DNA of 64,000 nucleotides from Paecilomyces variotii (Eukaryota): NCBI GenBank assembly GCA_004022145.1, contig RCNU01000010.1; one strand, 5' to 3'. Shown piece by piece: positions 63,755 to 64,000 of this stretch (position 1 is its first letter; each line of letters starts with the position of its first letter). The notes under the pieces were generated by a model. It saw only the letters and a program-made list of their open reading frames with translations, ran no database searches and was not told where the DNA came from. The position numbers and the translations under genes were made by a program.

Positions 63755-64000
63755 CGCAGATCACAGTAGAATCAAGGATCGGAATCAGAACCAGAGAGAG
63801 CGAAATAACAAGAACAATAATGATAGACACTGTACACTCTCAGAGACGAGTCTGCAGGCTTCGATAAGAGATAAGTGCACGTGATCGGCGGCGACCCATC
63901 CATTGGCGGAAAGTTGCCCGATCGGGGATTCCGTGGTTGACATCAAGAGTTAGTTGATTGACTGAGACGAAGACAAAGACCAGGAGAGCCAAAGTGCTCC

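Overview
Eukaryotic, intron-containing DNA from a filamentous ascomycete (Eurotiales-like; inferred from protein similarity and GT-AG introns with CTRAC-type branch points). I built 15 protein-coding models by hand, each joining to an intact frame: a BAR-PH-ArfGAP, a C2-domain protein, a head-to-head RAD16/RAD7 pair, a large disordered hypothetical protein, nitronate monooxygenase, RPB11, PAN1, an orphan ADP-ribosyltransferase-like protein, a cation/Ca2+ exchanger, condensin kleisin BRN1, a HAM-8-like 4-TM protein, a C2H2 transcription factor, a DUF3074 protein and an STK19 homolog. Two ~7-8 kb non-coding tracts (1-7.9 kb, 49.1-56 kb) carry microsatellites and recurrent GTTA/TAAC palindromes. 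I could not support any tRNA, rRNA, CRISPR array or intact transposon. Best leads: (i) a phase-compatible alternative coding exon inside the long first intron of RPB11; (ii) a possible IQM/Rhs-toxin-like catalytic domain fused to the C2 domain; (iii) an orphan with cholera-toxin-like ART motifs; (iv) a RAD7 start codon split by an intron; (v) a uORF plus possible CUG start for the C2H2 factor. Family assignments come from motif recognition only; no searches were run.
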